Shown: positions 1 through 14,360 of the stretch, in pieces
How positions within the stretch are numbered: the stretch's first letter is position 1
Layout: each line of letters starts with the position of its first letter
From: Raillietiella orientalis
Lineage: Eukaryota
Assembly: GCA_036172245.1 (NCBI GenBank)
Contig: JAYWIR010000058.1
Coordinates: 372,001 to 436,000 of the forward strand
Direction of reading: 5' to 3'
DNA length: 64,000 nucleotides
Notes under the pieces: generated by a model
Seen by the model: the letters and a program-made list of their open reading frames with translations, nothing else
Databases searched by the model: none
What the model was told of the DNA's origin: nothing
Translations under genes and position numbers: made by a program

Positions 1-3000
1 TCTATAAGGAATCCAGAAGACGTGAAGCTCTTAACTCTTTAAGGAACAAAATGTCTTCAAGGCTCAGAAGGGTGAAGGGAAATAAACCAAGAAAGTAGTG
101 GAAGCAAGAGCGTGTTCTTCCAAGCTCGCCGATGGAGCTGACTTCGAAACAATCTCACAAATCTATGGATAGGGAAGTACGGACAAGGAATAGTAGAGAG
201 CCTGTTGAAGGAAGAAAGAGGAAAAGATCGGCTTGCGTAAATCCTCCCCTCCTCCCCCCAAATCCTCCGCGCCAGCAGGAGCTGGATGGAGCACTTCGGA
301 AAGGGAATTCACGAAGCTTGGCCTGACCCTTTATTAGTTTGTCACTCTTCCTAAAGGTTCGATACTTCTATGCTCAGTAGGGACGCCCCCGCAAGCAGCA
401 AGTACGGCTGACATGAGTGAGCCCTACGCAATTCACTATAGGCAACCACTGAGAACGCTGAAAGACTGCATAAAATGATCTGAAGATATCTTGCAAGCTT
501 TACATAATCGGAGCGAGCGAATGTCCCTCCTCTCAAAACGGAAGAAAGGAAAAGAATGAAATTTTCTTCCTATTTAAATTCCCTATCTCGATTGTTTTCC
601 TATCTCGACTGCGTTTTTTTCTTTGCTCTCTTGTGAAATCGAATCGGCTGTACTGACGGGAAGAATAACATATTCAAAGGGAAAATCCGTCAATAGTCCG
701 TATAAGTATAATGCAAAAGATCGTATCAGTGGCCAAAAAAAAAAAAAAAAAAAAAAAAAAAATCGATAGACATTTCAACAGAATTCTCAATTTCTCTCCA
801 GAAAGAGAACACAAAGAAAAAGGAAGTTTTTCTGGCCCTGGATTTAAAGTTACAGGATAAAGCAGGAAACGATCCAGAATCTGTGTCAGTCTTAATTTTC
901 GTGCCGCGAAAACAGGTTTTTCGTCAGAATTCAAAGGAAATTCAGTGAGGATCACTTTGAAATACTTTAGAGAGTCCAAGAACATTTATTTCAATCAAAA
1001 ACAAAAGCAATGGACTTGAAAAAAAACACACACACACAATAAAGCAAAAAAAGATTCTTTCGAAGTTTTGAGGGAAAAGAGCAACTTACTGTCACGTTAG
1101 GAGGTCGCACTGGATGCAGACAAAATCACGTTGGGGTCTTCCATTCAAAAAATTTCAAGTATCACTCTGCACCTAGTCCATTTCTAAATGAGTCTACAAT
1201 TTTCACATGTTGATGTTCTTCTGTTTCTCATGACCGATGAATTTTTTTTTTCTTTTCGAATCCTCCAAATCTCCTCTCAAGTGTTTGCTTCCAGGAGCAA
1301 AATCTGGGCTTCAAAGCCGACCTATTTTTTCTTTCTTTCTTTTGTTCTCCCCTTCAATCTCTTTCAACTCCTGTTGAAAGCCTGCTCCATTTTCTGCTTT
1401 CTTGTGCAAGTGAAAAATCTCGATAGGGGTAGCGGAGCGATTTCTCCATCAATTATTTATGAAGTTATGGCTGCCTCACGCGAAGAGCACGTATGCATTG
1501 TTGAAGAGCGTACGCACACGTGTTGCCGCGACATGCAAACGCACGTGCACGGACGCGCCACTTCTTACAGTGCAGCTTTGATTTTGCAAAACTGCTTCGG
1601 ACCGGAGGAAAACACTCGGGTAATTACGATTCGGGTCAACAGAAATGTATCGAAAATGACAGAATAAAGACGAAACGCTCAAATCATGCAAAAGATATTG
1701 AGAAGATGTACGGAGAATGAAACGCTCACTCACTTGCTCATTACTGAATAAGCAATATCATCCAAATCGTAATCTGTGCAACCAGAAAGCTCTCACAATG
1801 CTACCAAAGTTCTTCCATTTGCACTACTATCACGTCTTCTATTCGGATGTTTTAAGTGCTTTATTCCGGCTTTCCTCTGATTTTGGCAAATCCCAAGAAT
1901 CCGCTACCGCGTAACGGCAATATGGTAACAAATTTTGTTACAAAGTATATTCGGAGAACAGATAGTAGCAACTGCTTTTTTTTATTCCATATATGTGATG
2001 CGGGAGATTCCCCTACATAATAAGTGCTCAAGCCTACTCTAGATCCATCTTTCCCAAGAGTTGCTATTAATGATAGACAATTAATCAGATAAGGAAGAGA
2101 ATCATCTCCGTTGCAGTCACACCAGATCAGATGGTAAGAAAAATGGTAAGAAAATGGCAAGAAACCATTTAAATTTAAATAAAGACACCAGATGGTAAGA
2201 AAAAATAAAGAAAATTTTCGCTGTTCAAAACTGATGTAGGAAGGAATTCTGAAATTAGAAATGCAAACGTAGGTATAGATCGATAAGCAGCTGCATTTCA
2301 GTTTGACAAGAGAAGTCGACTGCTACATGACCGACTCGGCCATGAAGTATACTTCTCGTCAGAGTCAATGATGCAAGGAGATTTTTCAGTCAATAAGAAT
2401 TTCCTTGAATATGGGCACAGTGACAACCGAAGTTTCCATCTAGATATCGCGGAGGAGACAAGGGAATCCCCCATCTGCAAATGGGAGTGCAACGCACATA
2501 TTGTAAATTAAGATGCGCCGTTAGGTTTGGATAATCGAGAATCAGATAATCGAAGTTCTACCGAACATTACATCCCCACACCAAAAGAACTTCTCCATCA
2601 TTAACCTCACACACAACAATTCCGAGAACAGATAGCTCTTCAGTATGTCCGGGCGGAGGCTGCTTTACTCGCCTTACCAGTTACATTTCTACAGCTGTCT
2701 TTCAATTTATTTATGTTGCAAAGAATGAAAGATACAACCGTATCATTTTAAACGCACGATTCAGATTGAGTTTCATAAAATGGTTTCTCGAGTTCTCAAG
2801 CTTCAGTCCTTCGTTCTTCCTTCCGTTTCAACTCATGTTTCCTTTCTAAAATTCAGCGGACAGTGTTTCTTGTAAGACTTCTTTTCACAGGCTCATCGAT
2901 CACGCACGTTAACCAACCTTTCACGCTTATGGAGATTCGATGAGAAGCGTCGTCGCTCCCCCATCATTGTTCGCTGGCCAGTGTCGAAAAGTCCCCTACC

Positions 3001-4379
3001 AATTTGGCGTGCCATTGTTATCAAATGCCTTTATATAGGTTGCACCGGTATGGATGTGGCAAAGCATATTGAAGTAGCTTTCTCTGAGGCGTTTCTCATA
3101 ACCGGTACTGAAAAATCGAAAATTCCATCTGAAGTGAAAAATGTATTGTAAAATTGCAAGTGCTAGTACGTCCAAAGAGCAGCAGACGTGCGCCAATTTG
3201 GCAGGGAACAGAATTGGCTCATGGGAAAAACCACCGATTGCCATTCCGTCGCGTCAAGTTCCAAATTTCGGAGCAAATAACTGATGCAACTCTGACTGGA
3301 GGAAGCTCGCAGAAATTCAAGCAAAACAATTCAGTATGAAAAAGTGCATTTTGCACGACAAGAAAACGAACAAGTGAAGGGTGAGGAATGTTAGGTGGAT
3401 GGAAGCTCTCTGAAGTAAGCGGGAGTGTGGAATTTCCTTTCCTAAAATTCCAAACGAATTAGAAGACGAGGTGCTTTCTAGGAAAGGAACCTCTTCACTT
3501 GATGTTTCATAAAACCAATGCCGACAGCCAAGACAGGTGGACAACCCGTACATTTGCATCGACGGAAGCTGATGGAGAAATCCTTCCTTCGGTTCTCGTT
3601 GGTAGAGAATGAACTTACAGATAACAGTCGGATCATGGAATAAGGTAAACTCTTGAGTGCTAGTCTTCGACCGCCTCCTCCGCTTGCAACTCAAGATCGA
3701 GATTTGCCGACCCAAATGCTCCCACAGATGAACATTCCAAAGTCAATTAGTGGTCATCTCCGTAGGTGGTATCGAAGTCTCATACCCCCCAGTCCCCTAG
3801 GGAACTCTTAAGCAAAGGTAAGTTGTTAAAAGCTCCATTGATCACAGGAGTATTTATAGTAGAAAGTTGAGAGTATTAATGAGCACCACAAATGAGGACG
3901 TTGGACAAGTTTCTTCATCAGCATGTTCTAAGCCTTCACGAATGTGCATTCGTCGCGCTTTCACGGTTCTCTTCCCGCCTCCACCTTCACCTTCACCTGT
4001 GTGTGTGTGTATAGGGTGAGAGAGAGGAGCCGAGAGGGAAGACATTGCTATGCCGTCTCGGAGCTTGACAAGTTAATGAAACTATTTTTTGTGGGAAGAG
4101 CAGTCGCGCATTGCTTTGATTATAGCTGGGTTCGTTTAGCTCACGTGGTCCCCTCTCTCGGAGGAATTTCAAAATAAGCCCTCGAAATTTTCGGCTTCCC
4201 TTTTCTGGTATAAAGCTAGTGCCTTGATTCTTTTTTCATGTTGCTCCGGTTGTTGAAGTCCATGTTTCTGTATTTTGAGCACAAGATAAAACAGGAAAAG
4301 ACTGCCAATGGGCCATGAGTTGCTGCGAGAGACCAGGAACTGAGATATCTTTTTTCTCGAATGGACGACTTTCGAGGGA

Positions 4380-6030
4380 AAGGGGATGAATGCATCGTCA
4401 AGGCGCCAAGGAGCTTTCGAAAGCGGTTCGTAAAACATGCCGGCCCCGGTGAACCAGTGAGAACTTCGCAGCCGTGGTCGTAGATCGCGGATGTGACCCC
4501 CTTGCGGTGCGCCGCCGAAAAGCCCGGGACGTGCCTCGTTGCCGCCCTCGGATGGCCTGCCTGTACTTCGAGCCGCCGGCCGATGTTTTGACCACGCTCC
4601 TGGATAATCGTCTTCCAGGCCAGAGTTTGCGTCGGGAGGAGGAGGGGAGAGTGCGATGTTCAGGAAAAAAATTCCCTGTCCGAGACGCAGCTTCCCGCTC
4701 TCTCTCGCGCCCTGCTCGAGGAATCTCTCTCTTCCGGAGCCGCTTCTTAGGACGGAACGGAACGGCCGCCGGACGGACGGGAGCGCACGCTGCAAGGACC
4801 GAGCTGGTGGGTGTTCCCATTGTCTTCCACCCCCACGACGCTCGTCCCCTCGCGAAGTTCCCATGCTTTACGACCCTTCCCGCCGGGATTCCGAACATAT
4901 CGCTCGTCTAGGGGGAGGCGCTGCTTTCCTTCTCTTCCCGCTCCGCCACGTCCTTGACGCGTCTGCCCCGAGCGCGCCCTACGCGCGAGTTCTTCCCAGT
5001 CCTCCCGCTTCCTTTGTGGGGGAGGAAAATGGAAAGACCCGAGGATGCTTTCCGGACGGAGCCCAGGAAGAGGAGAGAGAGGGGAAGGAGGAGGGGGGGG
5101 AGGAAGAGGCATGGAGGCGACCCTACCACAGTCCGTGGTTGTCGCGGAGGGCACGAGCGGGAGGCTCTGTCTCCACTTCTCCAGGGTGAGGCCGTTCCTG
5201 CCGGAGGGGCTGGTTCCGGCTAGCTCGGGACCTTCCTCCTGACTGCCTTTCACCAGGGTCGCCGTCCCCTGTAGTAGGAGCGCCCCTACGCGCGCTTCAT
5301 GCTGTTCCTTCGCATTGGGAGGACGGGAACGGGAAAAGGAAGGGAAGAGGGGGAAATGTAAAGTCTCGAAAAACGAAAGAATGAAAAAAAAAAAAAAAAA
5401 ATTGAAACTCTTCTCCCGCGTTAAGTGCGCGCGCGATCGGGAGGAATCGGTTGGCCTATGGGAGGCCTGTGACGAATGGCTCCCGGGGCGGTCGTTGCGA
5501 TCCCGGGAGGAGTCCCGGCGGGAGCGGAGCGCAGCAGGCGCGAGAGCATTAAAGTTAATCAAAAACTTTTTAAAAAATCGTTTAGCAGGATCGGCGGGAC
5601 GTGCAACTTTGGGACCGGGAGAGTGCCCCAGGATCATCAGGGCAATACGAGCCGTTCGCGTTTCCTTCCTTCCTCCCCTTCTTCCGAGGCGGGCCCCGAG
5701 GAGGGAGTGCAGCTTCTGCTTCCTCCTTCCCCCGGGGGGCGAGATGAGTACTCCACTGCAGCCATCTGGATGGTCCCTCCCTCCTTTTGCTCCGAGCCCT
5801 CTTCCTCCGCTCCCAGGGCAGCGTGAAAGCTGGTCACTGCTGGGCAACCGGAGCGGCGGGAGGATGGGAACGGGAAGGAAGGAAGGGGGGAGGGGGAATT
5901 TAAAGTCCCGAAAAACGAAAGAACAAAAAAAAATGAATTTTCGAAGATCCTCCGGCGAATGGGTGCCCAAGGGGAGCACCCATTCGCCTGAGAGGGGATC
6001 TGGCCTCTTCCTTAACGTCGTTCCGGCAAC
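4380..6030 (+). mobile_element. Decayed non-LTR retrotransposon reverse transcriptase (Jockey/I/CR1-group-like)
   Basis: In order: RKARDVPRCRPRM (KAPGPDGI.PRM), PADVLTTLLDNRL, RPARGISL (YRPISL, about 4710), VGLWEACD (LDL.KAFD), GARALKLIKNFLKNR (5540-5581), TGRVPQ (SGVPQG, about 5620, frameshifted), DEYSTAAIW (YADD.AIW). Confidence 0.55.
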
Positions 6031-9000
6031 GAGGAAGCGGCCTCCACACCGCCGGGGACGACGAGGTGAGCGGGCTGCTTCGCCGCCCTGAGGAGGAACT
6101 CCCCTTTTTCGGGGGAAAAGGGTGCACTCGGGAGGGGAGGGAACTCATGCGCGCCCTCGGGGGGAAAGAAGTCGCGCCGAAAGTACGCGGGTTGCGAGGC
6201 GAAAGGTTTCGGGCAGAGCGACCGCCTGGGACCGAAGACCGGAAGGGTTTTCGTCCCCTGCGCCTCTGGAAGCGGTGTTTGGAAAGGGGAGGACCCCACG
6301 CGCCTAGAGCATAGGGGGGAGCTCGTGGGACGGTTGCGACTCAGCCGGAACCTGACGGGAACTCTTCACGATGGAGTACGGGATCGACCCGGGTTGCCGT
6401 ATGCTCGTCTCTCCCCCCTCTCCTCGCCCCTAGTCGCCTCTAGAGGGGGCGGAGGCAGGTGAAGTGAGGTGAAGGGGAGGGGATACAGGGAGGAGGAAAG
6501 CGGGAAGGAGAGCGCGTTTTCCGGGCCAGCGATCCGGAAACGGCACGCCGTGTTTCCCGGAATCCCGGAAGGGTCCTAGGGGAAGAACAGGTGTCGGGCC
6601 GGGAGGACGATCCTCGGGTGCGCCCACAATTGAATTTCGGCCGCCTGGAAACAAAGGTTCCTCGCATGCGGAAGGACGTTCTTCCCTGCGAATCATCATT
6701 AGGCGATCGGCGAGCGGAATCCGGGACATCCCTCCCTGTCCGCCCCCAGTCGCCCAGGACGCGGGGGCCGACGCGGCGTTGGCGGCGAAACCCATGGCAA
6801 CCGCGGTCCAAATCAGGTTTCGGGAACAAAGCAGGGAAGGGGGGGAGCCGGTCTGCGAATGACGAGAGCGTTCCTTGCTTTCTTCCCCGCTTCCCCCTTC
6901 TCCCCCTCCCATCCAGCCCTTCCTCCTCCGGAGAGGGGGTAGGAAGGTTTGCCGAGGTGGCGGCGACGACGGTCCAGTGCGTGCGCCTCAAGTTCCTGTA
7001 GGCAACAAGTCGTAGTCGGTTCCAAGGAACTGGAACGACGAACTGGTAGGGGCTGCTGCTGCACTATCCTGCTCCCTCTACTCTCCAGCATTCCTGCTTG
7101 GACTCAACACGTCCTCATTCGCTGCGGTGTCGCCGGCTTCCCCTATCTCAGGGATGGACAAAACTACGCGCGCACGAATGCCTCTGGGGGTTTGAGCCGT
7201 CCACGCTTCGACTTTTCCCCTCCCCCTCTCAGGACGCGGTATACCCTCCGCGGGTCCCTACTGCTTCCTCCCGGACCGCCGATCTGGTACGACCCACTCC
7301 TCTCCTTGAGCTAATCGCCTATCTCCCCGTCCCTCTCTCGGAAACCGTTACCCGCTTTCGCCGATTCTCTCCCTCTCCGGAGGAGACCGACTCCCTGAAG
7401 TCGCCTATGCCACGCTGAGACCGCGTGGCTCTACTGCCGCAGACTCTGCCTCCCCCTTCCTGCAGCACGAACGCTCGTTTTCCGGCTCCCTTTGGTGGCG
7501 CGAATGCTTCCGTCTCGCGCGCCCTGTGCCAATGCCCTCTCTCGCCCTCCCACTCTTCCAACAGATGCTACTGCAGCACTACCGCGATTCCCGCGACCCC
7601 GATAGCTCGAGGACGTCATGGAAGCGACGACGGTAATCCGCGCGAAATCCGCGTCGAAGATAAGCCAATCGGTAGATCTCGTGAGCGTCTCCACTCGCAG
7701 AGCAGCAACTCATTGTTGGCTCACTCACCCTTGCCTTTAGACGGACCCATTGTTAACAGCATCAGGTGGTATTCATTGTCGCTTGCGTTCAACTTCATCT
7801 GTAATCGAGTGATGATACTAGATCAAATCAACGAGTAGTTTACATCCTTGACGCGAATTATCTGCTCAGTTGCAGTTGGCTGAACTGGTTCCAACTCGTG
7901 TTAAAGAAGAATCAACTGCTGACAGCGTAGAGTTTCATTTCCAGTTTCGCGGAAAGATGAATATGCACGTTGCTTTTTTATTCGCATGATTTGAGCATCC
8001 GTGTGGTAATGAACGACGCGGACCCAGAGATGGACTCTGCGGTGAGACAGTCGAGTAGGTGTTCATCAGAGTTGAGTAGGTTTAGCTCCCAGGTTCGTCG
8101 TCATCTTTCAAAGAAGATAAGTTCATTTTCTTTGAAACTTACATGTCATTGGAAACCACTGTACCCTTAGCAGCTAGAGGCTAATCACAGTCATCTTCAG
8201 TCGCTGTTTCAAGTTTCATGAACGTGGTGCTATTTAGCAAATGCACTAGTGTAATCCGGCACATCTCCTCCCCCTTTGCATCCATTTGCTGACTGCCTTT
8301 TCTTTGTCTTTTTCGATAGCAAAAAAAATGAGCGAGTAGAGCAGAGATGAGCGAGTAAACTCTCCACAAAATGGACGAAATGACCTACCAATAATTTCTG
8401 GGCGGCCCCTAATCAAGTTCTGATACCCTACGGTCGGGATTAGGTAGGTGTAATCCCAGTTAAATGTAGCGTCCGGCCAGTTGGCTACCCTCCGCCTGAT
8501 TTTACCATTTATCATGTCAACTTTCTATCCCATCCAAAAAGTTCCTTTTCACAAATACATTCAAGGTTCTTTCTGAATAAACATTAAGTAAGCCGAAGCT
8601 TCAAAGAATTACTGTTTTTTCACAGTTGTTACCAAGGAAACTTGGATTTATCATCATCTGCATTTTCATTTTTAATTTTCATTCCTTACTATGAATATGC
8701 TTACTGATTCGTATTTCCACACAAAATTAAAAAGGGAGAGTTCCTGTGATACATGCATGACTCAATGAAAGACTCTCAAAGACGAGGATGGAGGATGACT
8801 AAAAACATATTGTTTTACTCCTTATAGCCCAGCCTGAGATCGTGATCGAATTCCTGAAACATCCTGCCTGATCACAAAGGATGGGAGCCCTTATCCCATG
8901 ATATTCGATCCTTCCAGATACTAGCTCACGTGCGCATACATGTCTCACCCTTCTGGCCATGTGAAAATGCTTTACAACAATGAGAACCGCAGAAGTAGTA

Positions 9001-12000
9001 AGAAAAGCTTCTCTCTGGTTACCATGATACTCACCGAGCAAGCAATTATGAACAAGCCTTTGTATCTTTGTTGATGGGTTTTGATATTGCTCTGACCAGT
9101 CCCTCAGCTGCTAAATTCGAATCGCAACGACTGTCATACAAGAAAATTAGGATAATTCCTGTGAATGTTGGGTTTTAATTTATCCAATTTGTTGTACACC
9201 TAATTCATTCGATTTTTCTGAGGTATCTGGATTGACTGATCTGTGAGTGTTTGGCGCAGACTCATGTGTGCCCAGTTTATTTATTTGTCTTGCACGTGTA
9301 GATAGAAAGCATCTGTGTATTCCCCCTCTTGCAAACAAACACACACAAAAACTCATGCTTCCACGTGAGGCGATGAATGTCCGCTGGGGGGAACATGTGA
9401 CAACACGTGACACATTGTGAATGACCACCCTGCATCCCGTAAACAGATGCACACTTTGTAGAATCACTGGAAATTACGAGAAAAACGAAAATTACCGTTC
9501 GAAAAAATCTGCGAGCTTACCGAAAGGACAGTTCCTCCATAGCACACAAAAGGATCCCATCGCGAAATCCAGCCCCCGGGCCAAGCGGATTAAGCCAACA
9601 GCCTCAGAACACGCAAGTTTGTTTCTTGGTAGCTAACTGTCAGAAAACCTTTTGGCGAGCACTCATTTTCCGCCGTTTGCTTCCCGAAAGGTTAATTAGC
9701 GGTTCGCAGTTTGGCTTCTAGTAGGAGGATGAAGATGATGTAGCCTGTCGAGCAAACGGGCTCGAGATTGCCAAAGCAAGCCTGGTACCTGAACCTCCCT
9801 TTGCCTGGAGAACGCAATAAATAGGTGGCAGAAATGAGATCCATAGGCAGTCTAAGAGGAGAGAGAATTATCTAAGAAAGGATTCAATGCATGGGGCTGC
9901 CAGCAGGCTAGTTTTCACCTTTCGAGGGTGCGAGTCGACGAATAGGTGGGCAGGAGCAGAGGGAAACACGATTATGGGGAGCTACCAATTCTCCCGAGCG
10001 GACCGAGAGCCTCTTGGATGCTTCCTCCAGTTCCCTCCTTACTTCAGAAGACTTTCTTCCCAAGGCGCGCAGGCAGCTTACACGAGCCGCACCCTCAATC
10101 AATTCCAGAATCAGACTCCTCGTCACGGCAATTCTCAGCTCTCAGCAAAGTTTCGTGACGGAAAGGCGATCGAAATCATTCAGAATGGAACGGCGCTTCG
10201 TTTCGAAGGGGCGAGCAGGGAGAAAAGATGCCTAGATGCGGATAAGGGGGCAGGAGAGGCAAACAGAACAGACAGGTACCCGTTTGCTCGAAGCGCAAGC
10301 AGGCAAAGAGGTCATGAGTTCCCGTTGTGATCATGGACCCGGCAGGTTCTCCATTCGCTGTTCCGTACTCTCAGAGACTTTCGGACAAGGGAGGGGGATG
10401 CTCGCTGCGACCGAACTAGAGGTGTCCAGAGTGCTCGATGAGATCAGGAGCATGAGATCAGCTGGTCGATTCCGGCGCCACCGCAACAATGAGACTCCTC
10501 CGAGAAGAAGAGGAAAAAGGATTTCCGACGCTCCTTCCAAGTCAACTCGGAATAGAATTGGAAAGTTTTGGGAGAAATTTCCGACGGTTTCCTAAGCAAC
10601 TCGGTCCACTGCGAATAGTGCGAATGAATTTCTGGAAATAGGTCGCTTGCTCGGAGAAGCAAGGGATCGCCTACTGTCCTAAGGAAACATCAGACAAGGG
10701 AACCGCTTGGGAAGGGCAGCCAGGATCGTGCTGTTTCCAAAAATGTCAGCGGAGCATGACGCGCAGATGTGACGTCCTCCCCCCCTCCCTTTCCTTACGG
10801 TGGGTATTCACGAAGACAACCCATATATTCCTGAACATCTTCCATAGCTTCGTTCAGGGAAGGAACAGGAAGAAACCTAGAGAGGCCAAACCCCTCCACG
10901 TTGGTCGAGGAACTGAATGAGTCCTCCCCTGCCCCACGGTTCAGAGGGCTATCTCAGAAAGTAGAGGGGCAAACGGGTGTCGCTCATTTGATACACGTTC
11001 TCCTGGCTCTCTTCTTTCTCTCCAACAATCAATCGTCAGCCGCCTCACATCCCGTTCCCCGGGGTGAGGAAAGAGACTTTACCTCATGCCGCACTTCCCG
11101 CCGTAGGTTTCCTGCCGCCTTGCAATCACCACCTTCCTCCATCCCGCCCACGTCTCGACGTAGGGAGTCCTTCCTGAACGGATGCTACCTCCTTCGGCAG
11201 CTGAGCACGAGCTTCTCTCGGTCCTCGCCTCCCAGAGCTGCAACTTGTTCGTCCCTTCTTCCTTCAGGCAGCTCTGGCTCCGCTTTCGGAGAAGAGCACA
11301 GCGGAAGAAAAGCGTCACGCAGGCGGGAAAGACGGTAACTCTGGTCTGGAACTTCAAAAATCTATCTTGGTCTCTCTCCCTCCTCAGCTGGACGCCTGCC
11401 CTGGAAACGTCTACTGCCTGCCGTCGAGGGGAGAAGCTCGGAATCTCCCGTCACCTTAGCTTCCGGAAGAAGCTTTTCGCCTAAATCGTCCACGCTGGGG
11501 TGGTCCTGTTCGCTGTATTTGGAGAAGAGGGATGCTCTCTTCTCCGGGGGAGCGGGTGAAACCAGTCCTGCCGCCGCCGGAGAACCCCGTTGATCCCTAC
11601 TTGAGGGGGATCAGCCGGAAAGTGGCTGTCTCGGGAGCGGCGCGGACCTTGGGGGTTTATGGAAAGGGATCAGCGAGAGACCTTGGCAATAGCTGCGGGC
11701 GGTACTGGGGATACGGAGGGGGAAAAGGAAGAGTCAGAAAGCCTCCTGAACGCCGCCTCTGAGATGCGTCGGAACAGAGAAGAGGAAGCCAGTGAAGGGC
11801 GCTGCTAAGATCTTTCCCTTCTCGGACCGTCTCGTTTCCTAGGAGACACCTCCGCCTAGCAGTCCGAGAAAGGATGGCGCCACCCTCAGGCACGAAACTG
11901 AGGTCTGTCGGAATGCGGCTCTTCGTCTTCCTGGAGGCAAGGTTGATTAGGTCAACCAGGTGCTCTCGGACCGCATGAAGGGAGACTCCAGAGAACCCGA

Positions 12001-13519
12001 AGGGGAGAAGCGAAGGGTGCGAAGTGGCGACTACAGGGCTACACCGAGTAACGTCTAATGGGAAAGCAGAAAAAACGCAGAGGATCCTCTGGCAGGAGGG
12101 TAGGGAGGTGCCGAAGAGCGAGAGAGACACCAACGAACGTGCAGCTCAGGAAAAGGGAAACAGAGAGGAATGCACTCTCGTGATTTCCATCAGAAGATGT
12201 CCGAAACAACTTCTTCCTTCCCTTCTCCATGCCCGCCTGATTGCTCCAGAAGCATCGTTGCACTTCGGTGGTTCTTGGGGAGGGAAACCCAGTTCAGGAA
12301 GGCAGGGTAAGCATCAAGAACCGCTGTTTCACCCCTGTGAGCATCGGAGCAGATTAATAAGCCCCCTTGTAAAGCTCCACACAAGTCTCTTCCACTGTCA
12401 TGCATTTGAAGCCCAACCTGGAGCAGCGAGGAACGGTCCGGAAGGGATCACTCCCAGTTCCCGGCTGCCAGGGAACGAGGTATCCGGCAGCGGACACAGT
12501 GCGCTCTGTCATTGCACACCCGACGCCTGGAGCCATCCCAGGGTCATCACGCGAGGTAATTTAAGACCCACGATGCATCCAAACTCGACGTCGATTCTTG
12601 CTTCAAACCCTCGACGCTGGGCTCCGCACGCGGTCGCCGAGGTAACCGAGGAGGGCTGCCGACGCGGTTCCCGTTTGGGAAACACAAAGGAGCAGGGATC
12701 TTTGCTCTTCCACTTCCCCGCGGTATCGGCAGCCCCTCCTGTTGGCGATGGGAGCTACGGCCCTTGCTAGTAAATCTCCAGAAGGAGGAGATCGTCCCAC
12801 TCCACCTACTCGACGTTTCTCCGTCACTTGCGCTACGCGGTCGGGTCAGGACATGGGAGCGCACGCGTGACATCCGGGCTCGTGGTGCTTTCGCGTTCCG
12901 TGGCACCTGTCGTCGGATCGTCGGTGGTCTTCCCACCTGCCCTCATCGGCACCCTTCATCGCACTTGCGGACCGCTTCCTCCAACTCCTCTCCGCCCTGT
13001 TTTCTCCCTTGTTTTGTTTCCCCGCTGTTCGCGCGCTCTCCGTGGCTGGAGGAGCGCTCGGAGGAAGAGGACGGAGGCACAGACTTCGCTCCGCCGCGTA
13101 AGCAGCAGCCCAGGATCCTAGTGGCGCCAGAGATTCCTTCTTCCCCATCCCCATTCCCTCCTCCTCTTCCTTTCGGAAGGGCAGCATTAGCGGACTGCCC
13201 GTTCAGGAGCAGACGAGACGTTCCAGCGATTTTTGTTTTGCGCAGGCGCACCTTCCTGTCCGCGCTGCTTCCACGTCCTATCCGAGTGACGGAGAGAGAG
13301 AAGGGAGGAGGGAAATCCGAAATTCCTCCTTTGAACCAACGACCTCCCACCTTAGAGCTTGAGCGCCACCGACAAGGGCAAGTGCCCTAGTCGAAGGTCA
13401 CCCGAGCAGCGGATTGACTTCAACGCAGAAGGTCCGGACGCCGCCGCCTCTGCCTCATGAGCACCGCAGCAACAAGAGAGAGAGACAGACAGACAGACAG
13501 AGGCGGCCTGTGTCTCCAG

Positions 13520-14360
13520 AGACTTAGGATTGAATAGGAATGCCCAGAGGCTGTTTTCCATATCAGACCTCTAGGATCTCACTGGAGTATTCGCTGCCGC
13601 CACCAAGATCTGCGCCGATGGTTGCTCCAGACGAGCTCGTGCCCAAATTTTTTCTGCACGCAACGTTGTGATCTGCTCATCGGAACCTGAAAGTCTGCCG
13701 TCCTCTGGCAGACTTTCAGGTTCCTGCTCTTCCAGCGTTCCGCCGTCCTCTGGCGGCGGAACGCTGGAAGGCAGGAGCGGCCCTGTCCTGGCAGTTGGAT
13801 ACGAACCAAATGCTTGAGCACCATCCATTTTTAGGGTCGGTTGCTTCGGCAGGCGAGTCGTTGCTAACACTCCTTAGCGGATTCCGACCTCCATGACCAC
13901 TGTCTGTCCATAGCAACCAACATCTTTCTTGGAGTCTGAAGAGCATGAGCGTCGCATCGAGCGCCGTAACCCAACGTTTGGTTCATCCCACAGAGCTAAC
14001 CAAACCTGGTCCCTTGGTGGCGCCCAAGTGAAGTGATAGCAAGCTCCAGGGTTCAAGCAAGCCAGACTTCTAACTCACTGAAAGTTTTAGAATAAGTCGA
14101 GGTCATTTCGGCCCGAGGCATCTAATCATTAGCGTTACCGAATGAGACTGGGTTCTCCTTCCGCTTCGACGAGCGTCAGAAATCCTGAGGGAAAGTTTGG
14201 AGGGAACCAGCTTCTACGTGGCTCAATTCTTCTTTCAGCCCTGTGCCCAGTCTCCTACAACCTACTTGCACGTTGGGATCGCTGCGGACCTCTACCAGAG
14301 TTTCCTCTGAACTTCGTCCTGGCAGGGCACAGGTCGCCTGGCGTCTTTTACGTGCGCTCA
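13520..14360 (-). rRNA. Decayed internal 28S rRNA fragment (rDNA pseudogene)
   Basis: The plus strand matches antisense LSU landmarks in the correct order, with many substitutions: CACCAAGATCTGC, CCATCCATTTTtAGGG, ACACTCCTTAGCGGATTCCGAC, GTTTGGTTCATCCCACAG, ATCCTGAGGGAAAgTTtGGAGGGAACCAGCT (LR5 region), ACCAGAGTTTCCTCTG. Confidence 0.9.

Noticed and set aside
2119..2205. Short repeated ATGGTAAGAAAA units
   Set aside because: A local slippage duplication with no regular spacers, so not a CRISPR-like array. The context is also eukaryotic.
2528..2562. GGATAATCGAGAATCAGATAATCGAAGTTCTACCG, resembling a Tigger/pogo terminal repeat
   Set aside because: No matching opposite TIR or TA duplication was found nearby.
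4747..5979. 410-aa minus-strand ORF and the many other long overlapping GC-rich ORFs (e.g. 39518-40375, 40013-40789, 62505-63395)
   Set aside because: R/G/P/S-rich translations with poly-F or poly-K from homopolymers and no domain motifs. They are expected by chance in stop-poor GC-rich DNA or lie antisense to real features.
8840..9100. FSHGQKG and a loosely QAC-like stretch (minus) suggesting a caspase relic
   Set aside because: Needs several frameshifts and there is no QACRG, so the similarity is within chance.
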